DNA of 63,842 bases, counting the filler, from Reclinomonas americana ATCC 50394 (Eukaryota), in the NCBI GenBank assembly GCA_048213135.1. It is 21 parts of 21 records of this genome, joined end to end, with 100 filler letters (N's around TTAATTAATTAA, not from the genome) between each part and the next. Parts side by side here need not be neighbours in the genome. Positions count along the whole stretch, not along the records: positions 1 to 7,665 come from AFZH01021030.1; positions 7,766 to 15,035 come from AFZH01021031.1; 19 more parts are not named here. One strand, 5' to 3'. The notes under the pieces were generated by a model, which was given only the letters and a program-made list of their open reading frames with translations, did not search any database and was not told the DNA's origin. Within the stretch, counting starts at the first letter, position 1. Every line of letters starts with the position of its first letter. Positions 1-12,100 of this stretch are shown here, piece by piece. The position numbers were made by a program, and so were the translations under genes.

Positions 1-101
1 TCTCTCCTCCCTCCTCTCGCCTCTCTCTCTCTCTCCTCCCTCCTCCTCTCTCTCTCCTCCCCTCCTCCTCTCTCTCTCCCCTCCTCCCTCTCTCTCTCTC
101 T

Positions 102-867
102 GTGAAGATGTGGCGTCATTTGGTGGTGAATCCCAGTGCGTCGTCTGTCAGTGAGGAAGAGGAGGCGGTGGAGGTGCGTGGAGGGAATGAGTGGGCGCGC
201 GTGATGGGTGCGTTGGCGGGTGCGTTGCAGGCGTCGGCGGTGCAAGAGCAGGCGGGTGTGGTGGAGAGTGTGGTGAGTGTGTGAGAAGGGGAGGCGGGAG
301 AAGGGAAGGTGATCTTCTTCTTCCTCTCCCTCTGCCGTGTACGCACAGAGAGAAAGAGACGAAGAGAGAGAACACAGCAGTGGCGTATGTGTGTGTGTGT
401 GTGTGTGCGTGAGCGAGAGAGAAGGGAAGGTGAACTGTGCTTGATCTTCTTCCTCTCCCCCTGTCGTGTCACGTGCATACACACACTTTGCATGCTCATG
501 CCCACACATTGAGAGAGCAGGAGGAAACAGTAATGAGCTCGATGGTCAGTTTGCAGAGAGTGCTCGCAAGACTCGCAGGAAGGAGACAAGGCCTCGGGAA
601 AACTTGCCACGGCAGAACACTGGAGAGATGTTTGCATCAGCAACCAGTCTGTGTGTGTGTTTGAGAGGTCATGAGACGAGGGAAGAGAGCTCGGAGCAGG
701 ATTGCATCAGAAGAGAGCTTGAACTTGAGAGATTGAGATTGCCACGGGAGAACGAGGCTATTGCAGTCTTGCATCTGACTTGAGCGCGTCTGTAGGTGAG
801 AAGGGAGGTTCGAGCTGAGATGCAGATCATTCGCCGGCTGCTGCGCATTGGTGAAGAGCCGCAGTGA
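102..867 (+). other. Possible short spliced or degenerate coiled-coil-like gene
   Basis: ORF 102-273 ends at a GTGAGT donor. Later pieces EETVMSSMVSLQRVL.., ELELERLRL.. and VRREVRAEMQIIRRLL; no consistent model. Confidence 0.2.
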
Positions 868-1157
868 ATGCTGGACTGTCCCTTTTTCACTGACGGAACA
901 GCACGCAAGGCGGCCCTGCTGCCTGACTTATCCACTCACGTCGGGATTGGCGAATTATCCAAGACCTCCATGGATCCACGTTCGTTGAGGTGGAGCCCTA
1001 TCCACAGGGCACGTTTTTGCACAACAGCTCTTTTACTCCCGCGCGCGATGATATTCACCTCTCTCGCCTGCACCATCTTCCGTGGTTCGTGAAGCCGTCA
1101 GCAATTTCGTTTCTTCTTCTTTCCGTCTTGACACGGTTTATTCTTCTTCTTCTTCTT

Positions 1158-4100
1158 CTACTTCTTTTTGTTGATGTTGTTCTTGTTTTTGTTCTTGTTC
1201 TCCTTCTTCTTCCTCTTCTCCTGCTCGTCCTCCTCCTCCTCCTCCTCCTCCTCCTCTTTCTTCACCACCTCCATTTTCACCGGCTTCTCGTCACTCAGCA
1301 CTGCATTTCTGCTCGTCAGTGCTGATGCTCGCACAACATCCAACAACACAAGGTGACCCCAGATTGTTGCATTTATAGCACTCACCAGCACGCGCAATAT
1401 CCGCCTTTGAAAGACAACCGTCTTGAAGCAGAGTGGCCAACAGGCCAGGGCAGTTGTGGAGCAGTTGCATGGCTTGTGTGACAAAAGTCAGAAGAGCATT
1501 TGGAGTGCTTCCCTTCTGAATGTGCTCGGCACATTCCTATAACCCGAGAAAAGCTATGTAAGTCAGCATCGTCAAATCACGACAGCGTACACAATCATGA
1601 TTGACATGCCTCAGAGTGCCCACGCTCGTCAATCGTTATCAGTGGCCTCTCAACAGCATCCACCAGTGCAGCGTCGCGAAGTCCGCTCTTCTAATGATTC
1701 CGCATGCACGCGATGGCAGGCAGGTAAGTTGCCACGCACACCGCAAGCGGATGTGAATCAGAAAAAACAACTGGCACTCACCTCGATGAAGTTACTCACG
1801 CTCTCAAGCACACCCTCCACTGACTTGGGCGTCGTGCGGCGTGCCGTGTTGGCACTGCCGGCAACACTCTTGCCAAATGCAGCCATGACTACGGATGATG
1901 GACTGCCCGGTCCATCCGACGGTATTCCGCAGTCGTCACAGGCAAGTTGGAAGAGAGCGCGCTGATGATGGACGACTGTAGACTCCATCACCACGGGTGC
2001 CATGAGACCGAATGCCTTCACCATCATCCTCTTCTTGTTACCGCCCTGCTCTCGGGTGTGACGGATGGGTGGGAGCGAGTGAGGAGCCGACGATGACAGC
2101 AATGTCGGCGATACAAAGAACACGTAACAAGCAGTTTCGCAAGCATCAATTGCTCGTTGATGCTCAACTTCGCAGGATCAATCTTGCGGCGCTGTGAAAC
2201 ACAAGCCACGCAGTGTTGAGACGCACCTCAAACATCTCTCATAGAAAGCAGCGTCGGGCGTACCTTGTTTTTCTTCGCGTCATCGTCCACATTGTCGCTG
2301 TCGTCATCATCTTCTTCCTGCTCACCCTTCCTCTCCTCCTCTTTCTTCACCATCTCCATCTCCCTGACGACTGGTCACTCATTTCTCAGCACACGTAAGC
2401 AACGAAGAAACGAGCACAAGCAACCAAACCTCTTTCACTGCACCATGCGGCGGCACGTGCAATCTCCGCCTGCGAAAGGCAGCCGTCCCGAAGCAGAGTG
2501 GCCAGCAGGTTCGGACAGCCGTGGAGAGCCTGTATGGCCTGGGTAACGAATGGCAGAAGAGCATTTGGAGTGCCTCCCTTCTGCAACTTTGCTGCCGATT
2601 CCTGTCATCCAAGCCACAGCAGTACTCGTGAGCCAGCTTTCAATGACGCACATCAGCACGCACACAATTTCACACGCGCCTCAGAGTAGCCACGTTCGTC
2701 AATCACAATCAGTGGCTTCTCGACGGCATCCACCAGCTCAGCTCCTCGGAGCCCACTTTTCTGATGGCGACATCCACGTCAAAGTCGAGTCAGGTACCAC
2801 GCACATAACAATCGGAAGGACACTGAAACAACACACCGACACACTCACCTCTATGAAGTTGCTCATGCTCTTGAGCACACCCTCCACTGACTTGGGCGTC
2901 GTGCCGCGTGCTGTATTGGCACTGTCGGCAAGAGTCTTGACAAATGCAGACTCGACTGCGGATGATGGACGGCCAGGTCCCTCAAACGGTATTCCGCATT
3001 CGTCACAGGCAAGTTGCAGGAGAACGCGCTGATGACGGAGGACTGTGGATTTGAGCACCACAGGTGCCATCAGACCAAATGCCTTCACCAGTATCGTCTT
3101 CTTGTTGCGACCCTGCTCCGAGGCGAGGTGAGCAGATGGGAGTAACAGCATTGTCGATGACATGCAGAGATGATAGCAACACGCAACAAGCAGTTTCGCC
3201 AGCATCAGTTGCTCGTTGACGCTCAGCTTCCCAGGACCACTCTTGCGGAGCTGTGAAGGGCAATCACGAAAGGGTTAGGACACGCACCTGCCTCGCATCT
3301 AACGGAAACGAGCGACGGGCGTACCTTGCCATCGTCCTCGTCCTCCTCTTGTTCTTCCTCCCTCTTCTCTTCTTTCTTCACCATATTCATCTCCCTCAGT
3401 GCTGTTCAGTCGTTGTTTAGCACATACGCACACTGTGCAGCTATGCAAGTCACACAACCAAACCTCGTTCACTGCACCACTCGACAGCACGTGCGATCTC
3501 TGTCTTCGAAAAACAGCCGTCTCGAAGCAGAGTGGACAGCAGGTCAGGGCAGTTGTGGAGAGCTTGCGCTGCCAGCGTGATGAATGGTTGATGGAGTGTC
3601 TGCCTTCTGTGCTGCATCGTCGGCAACTTTGACGACTCCTGACACGCGAATTCCAGAACACGGAGCATGAGAATATGGCAGCCAATTTGAACAACGCACA
3701 CAGATCGCAAGACAGCCAACCTCCGAATAGCCACGTTCATCCACAACAACCAGGGGTCTCTCAATGGCATTCGCCAGAGCAGTGCCACGCAGTTCACTCT
3801 TCTGCATAATAATACATACATTAGCGATGATATTGATTCAGTCGTGCGAAATGGACGCTGCTCACCTCGATAAAGTCGCTCATCATCTGCAGCACTCCCT
3901 CAACCGACTTGGGCGTTGTGGTGCGTGCCTTGTTGACGGCATGGCCAAGACTCTTGCCGAATGAGCTCACGACTACCGCCGAAAGGCAGCCTGCTTTCGA
4001 TGAAGGGATGCCACACTCCTCGCTTGCCAAGTCAAAGAGAATGCGCTGATGATGCCGGACGGTGGATGGCATAACCATTGGTGCCATGATGCCAAACGCC

Positions 4101-6915
4101 ATCACCAGTACCTTCCTCTTGTTGCAGCACTGCTCTCCCATGAATCAGATGAGAGGTGCGATGAACACTCAAGTAGCCAGACGACTACCGAAGAAAGACA
4201 AGACTGCATACACACGCAACTAGTAGCCTCGCCAACATCAGCTTCTCGTCCTTGCTCATTGTGTGAGAATCACTCTCTTGTCGCTGTGAATGCGTTCCAT
4301 GAGACGATGCCAGTATGCACTCACCCCATCATTCATGGTCATACCTTGCTCCTGTTACTCTCACCCATGACGTCCTTCTCATCCCCCTCCCCGTCGACCC
4401 TCGAATCACCCTCCTTTTCCTCCTCCTCCTCCATCTGCATCTCTTCTTTCTTCAGCACCTTGGCTTCCAGCAGAGCTGCATCTCGCCTGTCAGCACTGAC
4501 ATTTCGCACAAAAGAACGCACCCTATGCCATCCAACCTCTCTCACTGCACCACTCGACTGCACGTGCGATCTCCTCCTCGGAGAGACAACCGTCTCGAAT
4601 CAGCGACGCTTGCAAGCCAGGATACTCACGCAGGGCCTGCGCGGCTTGGACGATGAGCGGCAGGAGAAGGTCGTTTCTCTTCCCTCTTTTCTCCATCATA
4701 TTCCACGACTCCTGAAGCACGTTCGACATCGTGAAAGAAACGGGTGAGTCGACACAACCAGGAAATGTAGAAAGCGCACGAAGGAAAGTTGGCTTACCTC
4801 GGAATGGCCCCGTTCATCAACCACAATCAGCGGTCTCTCAACGGCATCCGCCAGGGCAGCGCCGCGCAGTTCACTCTTCTGTATGTATTAATGCTGGTTC
4901 ACTTTGCAGTCACGGTGAAATGGATAGCACAGGCAGATGCTCACCTTGATGAAGTCGCTCATGCTCTGCAGCACTCCCTCAACCGACTTGGGCGTCGTGG
5001 CGCGTGTCATGTTGACGACACGGCCAAGACTCTTGCCGAATGAATCCGTGACTGCGGGCGACGGACTGCCAGCTCCCGATGAAGGAATACCACACTCCTT
5101 GCAGGCGAGTTCAAAAAGTCGGCGTCGATGATGACAGACTGTGTTTCGTTTCAGAATCGGTGCCATGATACCAAATGCCGTCACCAGTAGCTTCTTATTG
5201 TTGCACCGCTGTTCGCACACAATGACGCACGCACCAGGTGTTATGACAGGCAAGCACATGGCAGAGTGCAACTAATCTGCCTTGCTGGGGTATTGCAGCA
5301 CATAAACACGCAACAAGCAGTCTGTGCAGTACGGTTCGCTCGTCTTTGCTCAAATCCGCATTGAATACAAGGCGACCACAATTGACGCGCTGAAAACGCA
5401 CAACCCATGCAACATCGACAATCAACACAACTGCCTCCCAAGCCATACACAGGCGACGACAACGTCGTACCTTTCTCGGAATTGATTCTTCGCCATCATC
5501 ACTTCCTGCATCCTCCTGTGAAAGCCGCATCAGCGGGTGGCCGATTCCACGAAGACACACCCAGTCTCCGTCATTCATGAACTGTTGATGCTCACCTTGG
5601 AGTAATCGTCTTCATGCTTGATGTCATCGTCGTCTTTCTTCACCACCATTTTCACATCGCCAGATTCTGCGTAATGCTGGTCAACACCAGTGCATGCAAC
5701 AACAACAGCCGCGAAGGATCGCAGACCTTTTGATTGGCACCACGTGACGGCGTGCGCAATCTCGGCCTCAGAGAGGTGGCTGTCTCGAAGCAGAGAAGCC
5801 AGAAGACCATCGCACTTGCGCAACGCACCCATGGCCTGTGTGACAAACGGCTGAAGTTGGTCTTTCTTGTTCTTAAACTGCTGTGGCAGTTTCAACCACG
5901 ATTCCTATCTCGAACAAGCCGAGAGAATAAACGTCAGTCGGCATGATCACAGCTTACGCAAAGTATCATGCATCACAAATTCACCTCCGAATGCCCACGC
6001 TCATCCACCTCAATCAGTGGTCTCTCTACAGCATCCACCAGAGCCGCGCCACTGAGCTGGCTCATCTGCATTGTGCAATCATCTGCACGTTGGTTCATCT
6101 GTCACTGTCGTCACAAGGCACACATGCTTGCTCACCTCGATATAGTTGCTCACGCTCCGAAGCACGCCCTCAACTGATTTGGGCATCTTGCTTCGCGAGT
6201 TTTTGGCAGTCTTACCGAGACTCTTGCAAAATGCAATCTTGACTGCAGACGACGTGCAACCCCGCTCCGACGATGGAATTCTGCAGTCGTCACAGGCAAG
6301 CTCAAAGATAACACTCTGATGGTGGATGACGGTGGATTTCTGAACAACGGGTGCCATCAACCCGAATGCCTTCACCAGGATCCTCTTCCGATTGCATCGC
6401 TGTGAGTGATGCAAGAAGAATGGTGAGTGCATCGAGGGAAAGAAGGAGTGAGCAGGGTTGCAATAATGTCAGAGAGAGCACGCACACGCAACAAGCAGCT
6501 TGTTCAGCAGCAGCTCCTCGTCGGCGCTCAACTCCTCTGGCTCTCTCGTAGCTCGAGTCTTGCCACGCTGTGAATTCACACCATGCGTCATTGACACACC
6601 AGAGAACCCAAATGCAGATCGATGAACAAGCACAATAATGTCAGCGACAGAGAATTCACACCTTCTTCTTCTTCTTTGGCGGCGCAAGCTCGTCATCGTT
6701 GGATGCATCCACCTGCAGAGAATGAACAATACGTCAGGTGCCAACTGCGAAGCACAAGAGAGAGGCAAAGAGCGACGCATGCCTCAACGAAGCTCACCTC
6801 CAGAGAACGCTTGCGGACCGATGTCTCAACTGAGCCACGTGCAGGCAAGTTCTCACTGTGATCCACCGGAGACGAATCGACTCGCTGCCTCCTCACACGT
6901 TGCTGTGCAATCATG

Positions 6916-6956
<41 letters not shown>

Positions 6957-7370
6957 TTCAGTGAGGGACATGCTTATCTTGGGATGACGCACAATCACTA
7001 TACCTCGACAATGCCTTCCATCGCTGTGCGTTCCATGTGCTCCTGGTGGGCAGCTGTGTGACATGCATCGCCCAGATGAGACATTACGTGACGCGAGAAC
7101 ATAAAAGACAGCAAGAGAGACGCACAATGCTCAGCGCGATTCTCCGAGTCACTTTGGGCAGCGGCAATGGCAGCTGTGCTCTCGTCGGCGTGCTTCTTCT
7201 TCTTGGCCTTCAAGAGGCCAGCTGGCTCTGCAACACGGAACGAAAACAGCGACAATCTATGATGAGAAAGAAGAAGAAGAAGAAGAAGAAGAAGAAGAAG
7301 AAGAAGAAGAAGAAGAAGAAGAAAAAGAAGGAGGAGGAGAGAGAAACGATGCACTCTCCTTCATCATCAT
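1158..7370 (-). CDS. Multi-exon gene A: unknown protein with five tandem ~200-230 aa modules, N-terminal NLS and acidic linkers (both ends approximate)
   Basis: Five ~1.1 kb units (about 6575-5594, 5530-4345, 4290-3323, 3260-2263, 2200-1160). Each splices to LSxxExLML.KLL | ..LVKAFGLMAP.V..STV.HHQR.LF.LAC.xCGIP...TPKSVEGVL.S.S.FIE | KS.LRGAAL.DA.ERPLI..DERGHSE | ..L.PFV.QA.QAL..C.GLLA.LLRDGCLS.AEIARA..WC | acidic linker. Upstream exon reads VDASNDDELAPPKKKKK. The low-complexity ORF from ATG 8084 may be its first exon. Confidence 0.85.
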
Positions 7371-7539
7371 CACTCAGCATCGCTTTGAGAGGAAAACAGA
7401 TGCGGCGCTCAACACAATAACACACACGCTGGGGAGAGGGAGAGAAAGCACGCACAGTTGTGGCCATATGAAGGGCACAAAGAGTACATCGGCAGCACAC
7501 AAGTGCAACAGGCACAAGCAGAAGGGAGAGAGAGATGAA

Positions 7540-7540
<1 letters not shown>

Positions 7541-7636
<96 letters not shown>
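7541..7636. repeat. (CA)n microsatellite; representative of many (CA/TG), (GA/TC) and (AAG) tracts
   Basis: About 48 CA units; (AAG)n at 7268-7330; (GA)n at 14930-14992, 57367-57460 and 59514-59605. Confidence 0.95.
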
Positions 7637-7638
<2 letters not shown>

Positions 7639-7665
7639 CTACGTACGTACGTACGACGTACGTAC

Positions 7666-7765
7666 NNNNNNNNNNNNNNNNNNNNNNNNNNNNNNNNNNN
7701 NNNNNNNNNTTAATTAATTAANNNNNNNNNNNNNNNNNNNNNNNNNNNNNNNNNNNNNNNNNNNN
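7666..7765. other. Artificial scaffold spacer (first of 20)
   Basis: 44 N + TTAATTAATTAA + 44 N. Identical copies start at 15036, 17693, 23482, 29273, 32245, 34301, 36816, 39736, 41289, 43602, 45128, 47792, 50114, 51556, 55386, 57267, 59623, 61268 and 62710. Confidence 0.98.
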
Positions 7766-8084
7766 TGACGGACGTGGAAGAAGAAGAAGAAGAGGAGGCA
7801 GGCACTCGTCGCCTCGCCATCGCAGGTACACCACGATGAGCAGACGACCGCAATGTGCTCTTCATCTTCTTCTCATCATCATCATCATCGTTGCTGTTGA
7901 TGGAGGCAGAGAAGGAATGCATCTTCATCTTCTTCGTCGTCACATGCTGCTTGCTGTCGACGAGCATCATGTCTGCTTTCTCGTCGTCGCACGGAGAAGA
8001 GGCAGACATTGACAGCGAAAGAGTTGTTGTTGTTGTTGAGCGAGAGCGCGGTGGAGGAGGAGGAGGAGGACGTCGAGCGGCCAT
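7766..8084 (-). CDS. Low-complexity ORF (MAARRPPPPPPPRSRS...) running into the gap; possibly first exon of gene A
   Basis: ATG at 8084, open to the spacer; Pro/Ser/Asp/Lys rich; same strand as and upstream of gene A. Confidence 0.35.
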
Positions 8085-9170
8085 TTGTGTGTGTCTTTGC
8101 AGTTGTTTCACACACACGCGCGCGCTGCGTGATGCAAGAAACTAAGAGAGTAGAGAGTGAGAGCAATGAAGATTCGTTGATCCGAACAGCAAAGATGAAA
8201 AAGGTGACAAGTCGTAATGTGGGAAGAGGAGGAGGAGTGTGGTGAGGAGGGTGAGAAGGGGGGGAGAGGAGGTGTCAGAGAACTGGGCATCCTTGGGTGC
8301 ATCGTCGACTGCGATTGTTTGTCTCTTTGTTTTGATCATGGAGAGAACATGGATCAGGGGATGCTGCAGCTGGGATGCTGATGGACAACAACTCCACAGA
8401 GAGTACAACAGGGCACATGAGCAGCATCCCCTCGATGGACACCGAGGAAGAGCCACGGACAGATACAATGAGAAGGTCACGATATCGCGATCCGGCTGAA
8501 AACCACAACCCTGATCGTCATCGAGACTGCATGCGAACCACACCCGCTGCAGTGGAGCCGATAGGAGGCGCAGGAGTATCAACAGGACCAACAAAGCAGC
8601 ATTGCCTGCTGCTCAATCCACATCGATCCACAGGAAATACGAGTCACTTGCACAATCTCGAGATCGACGACTCCCTCCCCCGCAGCTGCTGGTGGGCCAT
8701 TATGCACCAGCGGCCTGCTGCTCTGCCGCTGCCATGAACAGAGAAGAAGCAAGTGTCGCTGCTTTCTAATATGGCTGGCCTTGGTCAACAAGACAGCCAT
8801 TCTCGTGCAAAATCACGACAGCAAATGCATGCCTCCGGGGCGGCTACATGCACAGCAGCATTCATTCGCCTCCCAAGTCAAATGAAGGCCCCGGTTCCAA
8901 TCCTTCACTCATCTTGCTCTTCCTCCTGCGACAACAACAGGCAATCAGCTGCATGCAGAGAAAAACACACATGCAGAGTCCATGCCTCACAACACACGGC
9001 AGCGGCTCAAAATGTCCCTGAGGGATTCTGCAATCTTCTTCTTCGACAGGCTCCATCGACATCACAACACCATGCATGCGCTGCTTGGCCAGTGAACCCT
9101 CTTCCCCTCTCTCATCCCACCCGCTGCCACTCATTCCCACTCCCCCGCCACGCACCGACGCAGGCATACA

Positions 9171-12100
9171 TCATCGTCCATCGACAGCAGCGTCTTGCTC
9201 TTCACATCCAGCTCCTCCTCCTCCAGAACCATCCTGAATTGGTTGTTCTACATGTATTCCTCCTCGTCCTCCTCGTCCTCCTCGTCCTCCCTCGTCCTCC
9301 TCCTCGTCCTCTTTCTTCACCACCTCCATCTTCACCGGCTTCTCGTCACCCAGTGCTGCATTATGCTCGTTAGAGAGGACGGTGGTACGACATCCACCAA
9401 CACAAGGTGCTCCCACATTGTTGCATTTGGGAGCTCTCACCGGCACGCTCGATCACCGCCTTTGAAAGACAACCGTCTCGAAGCAGAGTGGCCAGCAGGC
9501 CAGGGCAATTGTGGAGCAGATGCATGGCTTGTGTGACAAAAGGCAGAAGAGCATTTGGAGTGCTTCCCTTCCGAATGTGCTCGGCACATTCCTACAATCC
9601 GACAAAAGCAAAGTAAGTCAGCATCGTCAAATCACAACATGATACACAATCATGATTGACATGCCTCAGAGTGCCCACGCTCGTTAATCACAATCAGTGG
9701 TCTCTCGACAGCATCCACCAGCGCAGCGTCGCGAAGACCGCTCTTCTAATGGCCTCGCATGTACACGATGGAAGCTCGGTCAGTTGCCAGACACAACACA
9801 AGCGGATATGAACAAACTGGCACTCACCTCGACATAGTTGCTAACGCTCTCGAGCACACCCTCTACTGACTTGGGCGTTGTGCGGCGTGCCACCTTGGCA
9901 CTGCTGGCAAGACTCTTGCTAAATGCAGCCATGACTGCGGATGATGGGCAACCCGGTCCCTTCGATGGTATTCCGAAGTTGTCACAGGCCAGCTGGAAGA
10001 GAATGCGCTGATGATGGACGACTGTAGACTCCATCACCACGGGTGCCATGAGGCCGAATGCCTTCACCAGCATCCTCTTCCTGTTCCCGCCCTGCTCTCA
10101 GGCGTGAGGAGTTTGTGACAGCAATGTCGGCGATACAAAGAACACGCAACAAGAAATCTCGCCAGCATCAATTGCTCGTTGATGCTCAACTTCGCAGGAT
10201 CAATCTTGCGGCGCTGTTAAAACACAGGCCACGCAGTGTTGAGACGTACCTCATACATATCTCATAGAAAGCAGCGTCGGGCGTACCTTGTTTCTCTTCG
10301 CGTCATCGTCCACACTCTCGATGTCGTCATCATCTTCTTCCTGCTCACCCTTCCTCTCCTCCTCTTTCTTCACCATCTCCATCTCCCTGACGACTGGTCA
10401 CTCATTTCTCAGCACAAGTAAGCAACAAAGCCACGGGCACAAGCAGCCAAACCTCTTTCACTGCACCATTCGGCAGCACGTGCAATCTCCGCCTGCGAAA
10501 GGCAGCCGTCCCGAAGCAGAGTGGCCAGCAGGTCTGAACAGCCGTGGAGAGCCTGCATGGCCTGTCTGACGTGTGGGAGAAGAGCACTAGAAGTGGCTCC
10601 CTTCTGCAACTTTGCTGATTCCTGTCATCCAGTGTGAGCCAGCTTTCAATGACGCGCATTAGCAAACACACAATTTCACACGCACCTCAGAGTGGCCACG
10701 GTCATCAATCACAATCAGTGGCTTCTCGACGGCATCCACCAGCTCAGCTCCCCGAAGGCCACTCTTCTGATGGCGACATCCACGTCGAAGTCGGGTCAGG
10801 TACCACGAACATAACAATCGGTAGGATACTGAAACAACACACCGACACTCACCTCAGTGAAGTTGCTCACACTCATGAGCACACCCTCCACTGACTTGGG
10901 CGTCACGCCACGTGCTCTATTGGCACTTGTGGCAAGACTCTTAACAAATGCAGACAAGACTGTGGCCGAAGGGCAGCCCCGTCCCTCCAATGGTATTCCG
11001 CATTCGTCACAAGCAAGCTGGAAGAAAAGGCGCTGATGATGGAGGACTGTGGATTTGAGCACCACAGGTGCCATGAGGCCACACGCCTTCACCAGTATCC
11101 TCTTGCTGTTGCAACCCTGCTCCGAGGCGAGGTGAGCAGATGGGAGTAACAGCATTGTCGGTGACGTGCAGAGATAACAGCAACACGCAACAAGCAGTTT
11201 CGCCAACATCAGTTGCTCGTTGATGCTCAGCTTCCCATGACCACTCTTGCGGCGCTGTGAAGCGCAAACCACACAGAATTAGGCCACGCACCTGTCTCGC
11301 ATCTAACGGAAACGGGCGACGGGCGTACCTTGCCATCGTCAGCATCCTCATGCTCTTCCTCCCTCTTCTCCTCTTTCTTCACCATCTTCATCTCCCTCAG
11401 TGCTGTTCAGTCGTTGGTGAGCATATGCACACACTATGCAGCTATGCAAGTCACGCAGCCCAACCTCGTGCACTACACCACTCGGCGGCACGTGTGATCT
11501 CTGCCTTCGAAAGACAGCCGTCTCGGAGCAGAGTGGCCAGCAGGCCAGGGCAGTTGTGGAGAGCTTGCATTGCCTGCGCGACGAATGGCAGAAGAGGACT
11601 CTGCCTTCTGTGCTGCACCCTCGACAAGCGTGACGACTCCTGACACGCGAATTCCAGAATAGAAAGCATGAGAATATGGCAGCCAATATGTACAACGCAC
11701 ACTGAGTGCAGGGCAGCCAACCTCCGAATAGCCACGCTCATCCACCACAACCAGGGGTCTCTCAATGGCATCCGTCAGGGCAGCGCCACGCAGTTCACTC
11801 TTTTGCATAATGCCACATACATTAGCGATGATATTGATTCAGTCGCGCGAAATGGACGCTGCTCACCTCGATAAAGTCGCTCATCATCTGCAGCACTCCC
11901 TCAACAGACTTGGGCGTCTTATCGCGTACCTGTTGGACGACACTGCCAAGACTCTTGCCGAACGAGCTCACGACTACCGCCGAAAGGCAGCCTGCTTTCG
12001 ATGAGGGGATGCCACACTCCTTGCTTGCCAAGTCAAAAAGAATGCGCTGGTGATGCCGGACGGTGGATGGCAGCACAATTGGCGCCATGATGCCAAACGT

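Noticed and set aside
1930..1975. HH...CxxC in the repeat module as a retroelement integrase zinc finger
   Set aside because: Spacing differs from H-x3-H-x23-32-C-x2-C, one Cys is Ser in module 3, and no DDE core, RT or terminal repeats are seen.
7637..7665. TACG/ACGT-rich strings at block ends (also near 14993, 55295-55385, 55486-55580)
   Set aside because: They follow microsatellites at contig ends and resemble pyrosequencing flow-order noise.
7037..7717. Poly-CV, poly-HT, poly-K, poly-ER and Pro/Ser/Leu ORFs here and throughout the window
   Set aside because: Translations of microsatellites and intronic purine or pyrimidine tracts.
7710..7721. Recurrent TTAATTAATTAA motif as a biological repeat or CRISPR-like array
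   Set aside because: Always centred in an exact 100-nt N spacer and has stops in all six frames, so it is an assembly linker.
9240..9260. In-frame TAG/TAA suggesting stop-codon reassignment
   Set aside because: Conserved genes end in TAA, TAG and TGA, and the conserved exons I translated have no internal stops.
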